From: Fistulifera solaris
Taxonomy: Eukaryota
Assembly: GCA_030295235.1 (NCBI GenBank)
Contig: AP026124.1
Span: 620,001-684,000 of the forward strand
Direction: 5' to 3'
Length of the DNA: 64,000 bases
Both the position numbers and the translations under genes were made by a program. Under the pieces are notes generated by a model that saw nothing but the letters and a program-made list of their open reading frames with translations, did not search any database and was not told the DNA's origin. Numbering within the stretch: position 1 is the first letter of the stretch; every line of letters begins with the position of its first letter. Of this stretch, positions 1 to 12,435 are shown piece after piece.

Positions 1-565
1 ATTTTTCGCTTTTCGCGTCCCTCTCGTCTCTCGTCTACTGCTCGTTCGTTCAGCGATGTTCACAAACGACAGAAAGCCGGCCAAGACTTATCAGCAATAA
101 AAGCAATCGAAGGTGAGTTAATGACTAACAAAGAGAAATTTATATGAAGATGATTCAAAAAGGATGTCAAGAGAGGCATTTGTTTCCGCAAGTATTTCGT
201 TTGCGTCGAGATTCGGGAGAAACGAAAAGGGTCGTCATTTTGGCGGCATTTCCGTCCGACGCCCCGCGTTTTCGACACTGTGCACTCTTGCCTTGCGATG
301 CGTCGACGAGTGATTAGTTTCTTTAAAGTCTACATCTATTTCAATAAGAAATGGTATCCATCATTGCTGCTGCGCCGCGTGCAGCGGTGACGAGAGTCAT
401 TGTCTGTCGTGGTTTCTACGGATCGATCCTACGGCGCGAAAGTGCGCGTCGTGCTTCCAAAACCACTCAAAGTGAACCTCCAATTGCATTCCGTCATCTG
501 ACCCCGTCTTTTTCGCTTTCATTATGTTCTTTCTCCGTCGCGTTTCTATTACTCCATAATTACAG

Positions 566-1477
566 ATGTCCAGCTCTAGCGAATTTATCATCAATTTCCT
601 TGCCGGAGGTGTGTCTGGCGCTGTTGCCAAGACTGCTACGGCTCCCATTGAGCGTGTCAAGCTCCTCATCCAAACTCAGGATGCTAACCCCAAGATCATC
701 AGTGGAGAAGTCGCCCGTTACAATGGCATCGTCGACTGCTTCTCCCGTGTTGCGAGTGAGCAGGGTATCAAGGCTTTCTGGCGTGGAAACTTGACCAACA
801 TCATCCGATACTTCCCTACCCAGGCCTTCAACTTTGCTTTCAAGGACACCATCAAGGCCCTTTTCCCCAAGGCTGACAAGAACACTGAGTTCGGAAAGTT
901 CTTCGCCATCAACATGGCATCTGGTGGTCTTGCTGGAGCCGGTTCGTTGTTGATCGTCTACCCCCTCGATTACGCTCGTACCCGTCTTGCCTCTGATGTT
1001 GGTTCCGGAAAGGCCCAGTTCAGTGGCCTCCTTGACTGCCTCAAGCAGACCATCAAGACCGGTGGTCTTGCTGCCCTCTACAACGGTATTGGTGTGTCAA
1101 TTGTTGGTATCATCCCCTACCGTGGTGTCTACTTCGGATTGTTCGATACCATGTCCGGCTACAACCCCTACCAGAAGAGTGATAACAATGTTCTCCGTGC
1201 CGGATCTAAGTTCGTGTGCGCTCAGTCATCTGCCATCGCCGCCGGTTACGCCTCATACCCCTTCGACACCGTCCGTCGTCGTCTGCAGATGCAGTCCGAG
1301 AAGCCCAAGGCTGAATGGGTCTACAGCGGAACCATGGACTGCTTCGGTAAGATCGTCGCCAACGAAGGTGCGGGTGCTCTTTTCAAAGGTGCGGGTGCCA
1401 ACGCCCTCCGTACCGTCGGTGCTGCCATGGTACTTGTGCTTTACTCCGAGATCACTGCTTTCTTCAACGCCAAGTAA
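566..1477 (+). CDS. AAC: Mitochondrial ADP/ATP carrier (adenine nucleotide translocator)
   Basis: Intact 303-aa ORF with three carrier repeats (APIERVK, YPLDYAR, YPFDTVRRR), WRGNLTNIIRYFPTQA and the RRRLQMQ variant of the RRRMMM signature. Strongly biased codon usage. Confidence 0.97.
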   Translation: MSSSSEFIINFLAGGVSGAVAKTATAPIERVKLLIQTQDANPKIISGEVARYNGIVDCFSRVASEQGIKAFWRGNLTNIIRYFPTQAFNFAFKDTIKALFPKADKNTEFGKFFAINMASGGLAGAGSLLIVYPLDYARTRLASDVGSGKAQFSGLLDCLKQTIKTGGLAALYNGIGVSIVGIIPYRGVYFGLFDTMSGYNPYQKSDNNVLRAGSKFVCAQSSAIAAGYASYPFDTVRRRLQMQSEKPKAEWVYSGTMDCFGKIVANEGAGALFKGAGANALRTVGAAMVLVLYSEITAFFNAK

Positions 1478-2740
1478 GCTTATGTAAAGCGGATAATGTA
1501 ATCGCGATGTTTGGATTGATTATTTTCGTATTTGTGGTTATTCAACGAATTCAATTGCCAAGAGGGACAAGCTAATATCAAATGCAACAATAGGCTTTTT
1601 TATCTTAATGTGTATTAGTTGATCTACATGCGAAGTAATCTAGAACTGGAGTGCCGTTGTAAAAACACTTACACAATTTTTCGGACGTGGATGAATGCGT
1701 GCCTGGCATTAGACGAAAAGGCGCTCCACGGCTTCTGTATCGTGCATTGCTCAGTCTTTCCTCTTTCATTTAGATCTAAAGTTTTCGATTTTCAAATCGT
1801 TCCGGAGCAGATGACTCGACATATTATGTTGTCGATCCACTCCTTCAAATCAAGCGTATTCTTTTGCATGCAATAATTAGGACAATTTCCCTTGTGTCGA
1901 CAAGAGACAACATGCTTGCACGATCTTGTCAGTAGAGAACATTTGTTATGATGAAACCACATACGCCACTTCCTGAGTAACGATGCGCGATTTAATACAA
2001 GTGAGCAATGTCTCTTCAATTTGGCTAGATCAGCAGCACCTAAGGCTTACTCTACACTTTGGTCGAAATGCTCGTTTGGTAATACATTGATCCGCTGGTC
2101 GCTTGAAAGCACCAGTACGGAGTATCGCATCAAGAAGCAAAAAAGGTGGCACGCGTTTCAGTGTAAAGGTGCTGCTCCACCCGTGCCAATGTAGATGCCT
2201 TGAATCGAGAATAATCGAGACCGATCTTGCTTGCGAGATTTTCGATTGATTCGATCACATAAGAAGTTAGAGTAAAACTACTGGTACCGTACCTCAAAAT
2301 AACTTGTTATGTGCGGTGTGCGGTCTATTTCATCCACTTTTCTCCGTTTCCGCGTTTTGTTGCTCAATAATCAATAACTAAAACAACCAGTGTCTCTGTG
2401 CTAATGTCTTATCATGCGTGCCACATCAACGTAGTACAGTAAGCTTCAGTACTTTGTATCCTGTAGGATTGAAGCTAGGCGGTAGGCGGACAAAATTCCC
2501 GTTTCTTTTTTCTACCAGTTATATGTTATAAAGTGGGCCGCTAATTCGCGTGGGAAGAACTTGCTTCTTTTTCCGCCCCCAAGACAAAGGGAAAAAGCGG
2601 CTTCACAACTCGCAACAGCAATACAAACTACATGGTACCAACGCTTTCTCCAACTTTCATCTTCAGTTGTAATATTAACAAACCCGCAACAGCAACTATT
2701 CAACTTCGGAAACACGCCACGTGTGTCTCTCTATTTCAAT

Positions 2741-3356
2741 ATGAATCGAGATTGGGGAATGAATCAGGTGTTGAACGCGTCCCCGCCTCTATCCGCTGAG
2801 GATTACGAATACGAAGAATGTGCTCCGTCACGACGGGACAGCCCGATCGCTTTTTGCGGAAAGGGATTCAAACCAATTCTTGATGTTCTAGTAAAGGTGA
2901 TCATGCTCCCCTGCCGGCAGATCGCTTGGCTCGTAAGCAGCGGATTGTTGGTCGAAGAGGAGGTGTCGGGCAATTACAGCTCGTAGAAAACGCCGCCAGG
3001 GCGGCACTCGACACAAACGAATCCGATGACGAAACTGGCAATGGCATCCAGCGGGAGAGCTTACCAAATTCTTCCTTTAACGGTCCACAGCCCATGACGG
3101 TGGATCGAACGAGTCCGCGCAAACGAGCCAGAATGGGATCGACCCATGCTGCAGAACCTGATCCTTCTGTAGCGGCAGCTGGCAAACTTTTGAAGGTCTA
3201 TCCACACTAGATGACAAAGATGAAGAGGATCCTGTTCGAGGTGTTGTTCGGAGAACGTCGCGGAGAACTTCGTACGATAGTAAAATCAAAGATGCAAAGG
3301 ACGATTTCTTGCTCTTATCCGCATATGCGACGAACGCATCACAGCTAAAGCGATGA
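2741..3356 (+). CDS. Hypothetical protein (~200 aa), split by two apparent single-base frameshifts
   Basis: ATG 2741. The frames join at ~2895 (KPILDVLVK/GDHAPLPADRLARK) and ~3183 (AAAG/QTFEGLSTLDDKDEED) and end at TGA 3354-3356. No recognisable domain. Confidence 0.5.
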
Positions 3357-3520
3357 ATTGAATGTGAAATCAGTTCGAATGTCTTTTTCAAATTAAAAGT
3401 TAAACTTTAGAACACCATAATGTTAAGTCATTACAAAGTTCTTTCAAATAAACCGAAGAAAGTGCCTAGACTTCGAAAATCTTCGTGTAGATTTATTGTT
3501 CCGCGTTGTTGTTGTTGTTG

Positions 3521-6500
3521 TTAGCCATTGTACTCCCAAAGCTCCTTATCCAGAGCGATGCGGCCCCATTCCTTACTCACAATCGAAGCGTTGTAGATAT
3601 CGGCGTTCGTTAGGAAGCTGAATACATTGAGGATGGTGTGTTTGGGCTGTTTGGGGTCGCCGAACAGTGATAACATTTCTTCCTCGGATTTGCTCTTGCG
3701 CGACGACGAGGGATCGAACTCTATTCGTACTGGGGGCGTTCGAGGCGCAGTATTCTTCGATGCAGTGACCGGCGTTGAAGTTTCTGGACAGGGTCGCTTC
3801 TTCGACGAAGCAGATTTAGTCTCCGTGGCTTTTGTTGACTGGTCCTCAGGCTTGTAATGTTGCATCATGGCGCGCATTTGCATTTCGTGAGCTCGCTGCT
3901 GCTGGCCAAACATAGGTGTGACTGGAGGTACACCAATAGTGGAATAACCGATATGACCCATCACCGATGAAGTCATGTAAGCTGGGTGCATATAGCCACG
4001 GTGAGACATAGTTCCTTGTGACATTTGGTGACCATGAACCGCCCCAGCTGGCAAGTTGCTGCTTCGCATGTTGCCGGGGGAGACAGGAGGGCCCTGTTGC
4101 GGGGCACGCTGTCCTTGCCAAACTTCATGGGCCACTCGAACTGCATATTCGGCGCCCTTAGAATCCTTCATTTTTCTCCTCTTGTCGATCAGCGTCTGAG
4201 AACCAGCCAGGTTTTGACAATCCACGCATTTACAGCTCGGTCCGCAAAATTGCCCGGCAACAAAACACTGTGACAAAGACACAACACAAAAAATGAGAGG
4301 TGACAAGATAGCAACAAAAAAATTTAACCAAAAGACTCACATCGCAATACTTTTTGAGGCAGTATGACCGCTTGCATCTGCAGCCGCTCGTACTTTGTTG
4401 AAATGCTGTGGGGTTCTTGGCGCGAGCATTCTGAATCGCTTTCTCTCTCAAGTCATCAAACTGAGGAAGGTTGTTGCAGTCCACGCATTTGCATCCGTCG
4501 CAGTACGCTTTCGCGGAAAAGCAAAAGCAATAAAGCTTGAGACACTTCGAGTTTTTGCAATTACAGGACCTCTTCACAAAATCACTTTCTTTCGTTGCGC
4601 TGTCTTCACTAGCCGGGACGCTCTTGTGAGAGGTTTTGACCGTACTCGGTGGGATTAATTTTGGTAGTTCTGCAGGAGTTGAAGAAGATAGAGTTGTCTG
4701 AGTTTTGGGGGTAGATACTGGTTGTATATTCTGAAACACATGAGATTGCGATGCGTATCTGTGAGCTTGGAGATGTGGTTGCGCATACATGTGTGGCGGA
4801 TAAGCATTTCTGTACGCTTGTGCCGAATGGTATGCTACGTTTGAGGCTCGCATCATGTTATTGATCCCTTCGAAGGATTGCTGTGTACTTGCATACTTCG
4901 CTCCGACTTGGCCGAGTTCCAGTCGCATTCGGTTTCGAGGAGCAGATGGCATCTGTCGATCCAATGTGCCATCGTTCCACAATTTCGTTGGCTTAACTTC
5001 ACTTGAAGGTAGAACAGGTGATGCTTGTAGAGACGTCGAAGCGCCGATTCGAGAAGCACGAGAGATAGCGCTTTTCGAGGGTGAAACTTTGGTAGCTGAA
5101 TTTTTCGTAGCTTTTCGGACAGGTGACCTGGTCACTCCATGCAACGCTCCAGAAGGTGGTGCGGTGATGAACTCATTCAGAAAGCCTGAAAAGGAAGAGT
5201 CCTTTTTCAAAGATCTTTGTGGCAAGGGGGGAGCATCGATCTCTCCAGAGCTCGATCGCGTCAAGGCGATCTTTGGATGATGTTCGTCGCCCGAAGGTTC
5301 AAAGTAGACAAGCGATGGACCGACAGGTGAGAAAGCATCCGCCAATTGTGGATCAGGCGTTTCCACCATCCCAAAACTGGATGATAAACCAAAATGAGGT
5401 GAAGCACGAAGAGGGGATCTATTAAAACCTTTTCCAGGAGGCGAACGAAAGAGATTTGAGGTGGGTTTGTTGCTCGGTGTCATGGCCATGTTGACCGCGT
5501 TTAAACGAGTCAAAGGAGATGTTCGCGCAGACGCGGCAAACAAATCGTCGACAGGCGGGGGAGAGCGCCAAACCGGGTCAGTGTTGTAGTGAAAGGGTCG
5601 TCCATGAAAGTGTCCGGGTGTCGCGTGTGCAGTCGACATGCTTTTCTGGTGCCATTCTCGATCTTGGCCGTAAGGAGTTGAATAATCGGAAAATCGCATG
5701 GATTGGTAATGTGAGAGCGGCGGGGAGCCATGAGGTGAAGCAAATAGAGACGAGGACCTATGATCACGGTAACCCGAAGGCGATCCTCTTGGCGGTGAAT
5801 CGCTTTCACCGAACGAACCAAGAGGACCTTCCCAGATCTCAGTTGACTGAAGGGGGTCGTGGTGGCTGCCAGTGGTGTCCATATTGCTCGCAAGGGGCGC
5901 TGAAGCTGAAGCCTGTGTTGTTGATTATTATGAATAAAAGGGTGGAAAAGCCCGCGACAAGATTCGCGCCATTTCGTTGATAATAGCAGTTGCAGTCGTG
6001 AATACGTCACAATTAGGAAAAACCGTTGCAATCGGTAATCGTGATACCCGTTGATTCGCAATGAAATCCGTATGGACGAGTTTTTGACCGACCATAGTAA
6101 CCATGTCAATGCATTAAGTAGTATTGTGCGTAGCAAAAATACATAATGAAATTACGATGACAACGGGGAAAATCATCAACAAGGCAATCGTGCAACGAAA
6201 CAAGGAGGGAGGAAATACGAATTCGAAACAAGTCAAGTAAGAAGGAGTTGGAAAAAATACTTCAAGAACAGACAAAAGGCCATCGATTTCATTGTAGCAA
6301 TAATCGTAAACGTACCTTTGGAGATTTCCGAAGCATTTTGAACCGATGGATAGAAGATGAATTACTTCGAGCTGGTGTTGCATCTAGATCACAGCGCGCT
6401 GAGCCATGATCCTTGCCTTTGCGTGACTGGGGTTGGGTATCGGCTGGTAATGTCGTTTTTCGAACAATGCTCTTTGTTTGTGAAGATTTTGGAACTTGGC

Positions 6501-6639
6501 TAGATGGAGGCAGAAAGTCGCTGTGTGTACTCGTGCTTTCTGATTTTGTTGACGATCGTTTGCCCGTTGACTTTGAATTCTTAGAATCTTTTCGTATCGA
6601 TGTATCTTCCGCTGACTGACCTCTTGAATGCGGCTGCAT
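3521..6639 (-). CDS. Tesmin/TSO1/LIN54-like CRC (tandem CXC) protein with C-terminal F-box-like motif
   Basis: Two CXC domains (CNCKNSKCLKLYCFCF...; CRCKRSYCLKKYCD|CFVAGQFCGPSCKCVDCQN) with the KNPTAF linker. Intron 4268-4340 joins them in frame. Predicted exon 1 (6316-6639) splices in frame through intron 5913-6315. C-terminus reads PKHTILNVFSFL...ASIVSKEW...LW. Confidence 0.85.
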
Positions 6640-8485
6640 GGTTTGATTTAAAATTTCCGCGCTTATCGCTTGCAAATGTAAAGCTTTCTAGAATAGTCTT
6701 TCCTCTGCTGAGCGTCACAAATCAATTAAACGAAAAACTCCCGAATGCTCTTTAATCGATGGATCACCCGATTTTTAATGCAAGAGAAGAAGTGACAGAG
6801 AAAAGCGGCAAAGATGCACCTCAGGTGGTGACGATCTCTCCTGAGTCTCTTCGCGCGCCTGAACCTCGCCTGCTCTGTTCTCGCTGTGGAAAAGTCCTGC
6901 TAGTGAAAGCAATTTTCCAGACAACAAAGCTACTGATATCGGCAATTGTTGGATTGATAGTGACGTGATTTCTTCTATGTATCGAAGCTACAACGCCACT
7001 AATTCTATTGTACTTCTTGATGATAACCACGGTCGGTGGAGCACGGCCGCGTTTTTGCATCGCTTTGGCGCCACAAATGTGAGCTCAACATGACTGGGGG
7101 CAAGTCCGGCGCCTTTTCACGTGCGTATGAGGTGCTGCTAGGAAACTTCCTCCTGCTTAAGTATCATTGCCGTTGAAGTTTACTTATGGGATCTGGATAA
7201 ATTTCCATCCGATTTAAACGCACCGAGTTTATGGGTCGAAATTTGATAAAAAGATTTCAATCTGCGTTTTAATATAATTTTTACTGGAGAAATAATCAAA
7301 TATTTTTTGTTTTAGTTTCCAAAATGAGAATCTTTTTATAAATTCATTTTAGAATCTCATTTCATCAGAAAACGGAGATGTAGCTTGTATCGAAGTCCTG
7401 GTTGCTATTTTCCCCATAGAGTGAGCGTAATTTTTGGCGGCGAGCTCGGCGGCCAACGAAAAGCAGGAGATGCTCAACGTATCTATTTTGGCTACTTCTT
7501 GCTTCACTGTCTTAAATCTAGGTTTTCCCAGAACTCAGGATTACCCAGTCTAGGTTTGAAATCGCAGGTTCCTTAGTTCCAAGCTTCTAAATAAGCTAAG
7601 TATGAATCCGACAGTTTTCATTAGAAGTATTGCAATTCGTTGCATCTCTGATAACTAATGTTGTCCAGCATCAAAAAACTGTGACCTTTGACGATTATTT
7701 ACCATGTTATTGCTGACCGTTGCATGCTATGCTGGAATAAATTTTTCCTCTTGCACATAAATGAAACTATAGTACATTAAGCGTCAACCTCAATGAGTCT
7801 GAGTGCATCTAGATGGACACGTCCTGGTTACGAGGTGTAACTTCCTACCTTCTCGCTTGGAATCGACGCGATACTCACGAAAAACAGCTAAAACTTCTTT
7901 TTGACAGGCAAAGCGTTAGTTTGACATGCCGATCACGCCAGAGGATGTGCATCCACGATTCTTCCGAGGCAGCGAAGACAAATTAAATCCAAAACTAAAG
8001 GTCTATAGCTTGTTTATTATTTCAAAAGAAACGAGGATAGCTTTTTGAAGTACGATTCGCACGCTCGTAAAGTAAGAAACACCGGAAACTGATTTAGATA
8101 TGGTTATTAGAGTTTACCGGAAACCCTAGAAAGCTAGATAGTAGTAATGTCGAGATCCATTCCGTTTTGAGGCTCGGTGTAAAAACTCAGTCACGTGTCG
8201 CAACGAATACAAACTGCAGTATCCACTGGCCGTTGAATAGTACTTACACAGCAGTGGTTGCGGCGGTTGGACGAATTCAGTTAGCTTTGGTCGGTTGTTG
8301 CCGCAACAGATAGATAGGTGCAGATGTCGCGACAACTACGTGACAATAATATCATCTTCGACAAATTGACGACAAGATTCAACACAATAATTCTACAGAG
8401 CCGATATAGGAGATAAAAAGTGACAATCGATAGGAGACGCTTTGTGGGACTCGTTCTTGACTGATATCCAACGCATTCAATCATC

Positions 8486-11400
8486 ATGTCGAGAGACGGC
8501 TACCCCATGGGCGGCCCCAATCGGCGACGACAAACGATGAAATCGGGCGGTTTGGGGACGTTCATGGACGATCCTCGATCGCGCAGCCGGGGACGCTCGA
8601 AATCAAAGGATGCCGATTTGTCTATTATGAGCGGCGTGTCTGGTGTAGACAGGATTTACGATACGATACCGGATGAGTATCTTTACAACTCCAAAAATAT
8701 AGAGCCAACCTTGTACTTCTTGCCGCGGCTGCTGGAAAACAACGCAGAAGCTAGAAGGGATCCTACAGCTGTCGCAGGGAAAAGAAAGCGTATCACCTTA
8801 CGCTCAGAAACTTGATCAAAGCGGCTGAGGAAGATGTCCGCCTTCACCGGGCGAGAGTGCAGGCAGCTCAGATCAAAGACGTTCGGTTGCTGCGGAACTA
8901 TCAACTGGAAACAGATCCAGAGTATAAAGAGCGCACAGATAGGTTCAAGGAACGCCAGGCTCTCATCGATGAGCTAAATGATCAAGCCCATGCTATTCTG
9001 GAAGGACTACATGACAACCAAGATGGCCAAGGGTTGACGCAGGCGGAACGAGCGCAGGTGCATCTAGCACGTTGGCAACGTGCGCTGGAGCTCTACGTAC
9101 ACACGCAACACGAAGGTATGGATTGGCAATCCATTTTCGAATATTTACTGGGAGGCATTTCGGAAGATCAAGATATTAGCCAAGTGTTGCAAGAGGCGTC
9201 CCAACTATGCTCGGCAGTTGTTGATTCGACGACGCAAGCATTGAAGGACGCAGAGGCATATGTTGCCGATCTTGAGTCTCCATACCTTATTCGGCTGGAA
9301 GCGCATTCCCTGTATGCTAACGAATGTATGCGACAAGTCGGCGAAATCGAAGACCAATTCAAAACGTCTGGACGCACCGCTCTACAGATCGGGCATCAAT
9401 TGGAGCACGCTGAACTAAAGCGCAATCAGTGCGAGGCCGCTTCGATGTTGATTCGTCGCTGGTGGATGATGGAGAGCCTTGCTGAAACTGAGAAGAATAG
9501 TGGAAAGCCAATTGATGTAGAAGCTGAAATTCGCGGAATTATTTCTCCGGGTGCTTGCAAACTGGATCCTTTGTTTACAAGATCAGAAAACTCGCTTGAT
9601 GCCGCGAAGGCATTGAAACAGCTACGGGCCGTTGTTCGTTCAAGAGGAAACGCAGCGGCGACGGGAAGTGCAACCACGGCAATGACTGCGGACAAAGCGT
9701 CGTCCCGTCGGTTCGCTATTACAGCAAACTTGATTACCAGAACGAGCGACGCGGTCGAAGGACGCCTATTGAATGCGTTCTCCGAAGTCTATGGCGCTGG
9801 TGGAATCTACGATTTTTCTTCAAAGCCCAGACCCGGAGCAATTGATTGGCGCGAGCTTCGAGCACTGGCTCAAGCTTTGCTATTGTTTGATTCGGGACGG
9901 AATCTACATAAGCGCTATGTGGACATGGTAGTTGGTTCGCGATTCCCTGAGCTGTTTTCTCCTCAGATGGATGACGGAGATGAAGATACTATGTACTTTA
10001 GGGAGGCGTCAGACGCGGATGCCACGAGAAGCAAGCTCACAAATCTGTTCCAGAGGGTTGGTGAAGTTTGTACGGCTGAATTTGAGTTGATTGCCCATGT
10101 ATTTGGAGCCGATGAGAATCGAACTGATTTGCTGGATGGGAACGAGGAAATGCCGCTTGTCGTGGCGAGGGCACTTCTACAGCGCGTGGTGAGTGATCCT
10201 TCGCATGGTCTACAAGCTCGTATCAACGCCTTGTTGGCCAGCATTGACCGTCAAGGCGATTTGGAAGCTGCTGCAAAGAAGCTTGATACATTTGTCGTGG
10301 TCCACGAGAAAGCAGCAGGGCTTTTTAGCCTTCTTATTGGTGCTGCAGAAGCAATGGCGTTTCGTGATGAATCATCCGGCACGTCCAAAAGTTCGTCGAA
10401 AGCAAATCAAGGAAATGCAGTGGAGTCTCTTAAAGGCTTTCTGAGATCTCAAGAGCTTGCGATCACAAACGCCCATAGACAGGCCTATGTCAATTTGGAG
10501 CTACGATTAATGCATCACGATTGTTGCAATATTCTCGATCACGCCGGTTGTGCCATGGTCAAGAATGCCCCATTGCGCCCTGATCCAACTTTGGCAGAAA
10601 AAGGAATTTTGGAAGAATTCCGCGCCCCTGTGTTGCCGCTACACAAAGAGTCTCTTAAGCGTATTGGGTTCACAGGAATTCTTGCTGGTCCCCTCAAGCA
10701 ATCTTTGATGATTCAAACTCTTGTTCGTGGAACAGATTCGCTGGTGCGAGCTAGGCTCATGTTCGGAGCCAATAAACGCAGTGGGGAAGCAACTTCACGA
10801 GTAATTCTAAGAATTTACTCTCAGATGTGCTCTTTCTTTGGTGAAGCCTTTCTTTTCCCATTGTCGAGACAATAGGAGACATCTTACCTGTAAGCGCCCC
10901 TTCTCAGCCACCTCAGTTACCTTTCGACGAGGAACAAGAGCCGCCGGATCTTGGTGTTGCAGCTGCTTTCTGGGTGTGTCTAGAGCATGTCAGCTCTGTT
11001 GCCAAAGCATTTGATCGAGAGCTGTGGGCTGAAGGTCGTGAAGACAGTCAGCGAGTTTGGGAAACGTTAGAAGAATGCGGGGACAGCAACTCAATGGCTA
11101 TTGCACGAGAAGAACGCGTCTTGTTTTACACGAAACTTGAAAAGCGGGGCGAGGCGGCCATTCTAAAGGCGCTGAATACTTTGAGCGCGCATATGCAATG
11201 GATCATTGTAACCGGAGGCGAATCCATGTTGGCAACGGGTGGTACACGCATACTGAGCTCTCTGACTGGACAATCAGGTGGTCCATATGCGATTCCTGCC
11301 AACACAATTGCTGAAAACAGCAACAGTCCAGCTGTCAAATCTCTACTGTATTGTTTGCGGCGTCAGCTTCCGTCAATTCAGGCAGCACTTACTCAAGAAA

Positions 11401-11849
11401 CCCTGACTCGATTCTGGACGGCTCTTTCCATGCGCATGTATGATATTTTTGTTTCGCGTTTGTTGCAGTATTACTATATTACAACTGCAGGTGCTGTTAT
11501 ACTCTTGGAAGATATCAAGTCGATGACAAACGTTGCGCAGTTGGTTGGAACAAAACATGATCATTGGTTGAAGTTGATCGAACTCGTCGCTCTATACCTG
11601 CCGTCTCCTGGTGGAATCACATCGATGTTGACAGGCCCCGAAGGAGACCCTGGAAAGGGTTTGTTTGCGAAAGTCGGTCGTGACCAAGCTTTGGTATTTC
11701 TTAGCCGACGACAAGATTACCGCTACAAGGCAGCGGCGGGAATGAAAAAGAGTTCGTGGGTTACGGACATGCTGACGAGCTTGAATGTGACCGACCCAAC
11801 CGATGGAGTAGTCAACATGAGTCTTTTCGCAGCTAGCAGGATGGGTTAA
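8486..11849 (+). CDS. SEC10: Exocyst complex component Sec10/EXOC5-like
   Basis: Three ORFs join at homopolymer frameshifts (~8780 GGG, ~10858 CCC). IGHQLEHAELKRNQCEAASMLI and the C-terminal ITTAGAVILLEDIKS...LIELVALYL resemble conserved Sec10 segments. Confidence 0.75.
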
Positions 11850-12435
11850 GCTGCGCAAATGTTCGCTGGCTACTTCTGGCTCTGCCTCCTAACAGGTGGA
11901 TTCGTTTAACAATGGTATGGAGCACTCTGTATTGGTTTTCTGAATCTTATTTATCTTTGAGAACTATATGTAGCAAAAAGGCGTAGTTGTGGTTGCGTGT
12001 TGCGTTCACCGATCTAATGGGACTAGGTTGTTACTCCATTTCTCGTCATCAATTAGCGTCCAAAAGTCACTAATATTGCTAGATGGTACATGGTACAGCA
12101 TTATTGCAATGCTCCTCTTCGCAATGCCTCTAAAATCTTTCCCGTTCCAGCAATCCAGATTTTACTATAGCCCTAAAGTGCTTGTTTTTCGCATGACTGA
12201 CTCTCTCTCTAGAGATTTCAGTCAAACATGAGAAATCATACTCCGTAAGGTTACCTGGAAAAGACTAAGGGTATAATGCGAGGCATTTAACCTTATTGAT
12301 GGTAACAGGGGAAAGCGTTCTGATGCTTTTGCGATTATCGGCATCTGCATCAGCATTGGCAAGAAACACCTGAAAGCTATTACAGAGTACCTCAAACAGT
12401 AACTACAGTATCACTAAAAGAAAGCAACTTTGATA

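Noticed and set aside
1948..2010. C/D snoRNA candidate (ATGATGA...CCTGA)
   Set aside because: Box spacing is too short, with no terminal D box or stem and no rRNA complement I could recognise.
7200..8120. AT-rich stretch with a small inverted repeat (~7322-7362) as a centromere or MITE
   Set aside because: Short and only locally AT-rich. It lies between divergent genes, with no clear TIR/TSD pair or second copy.
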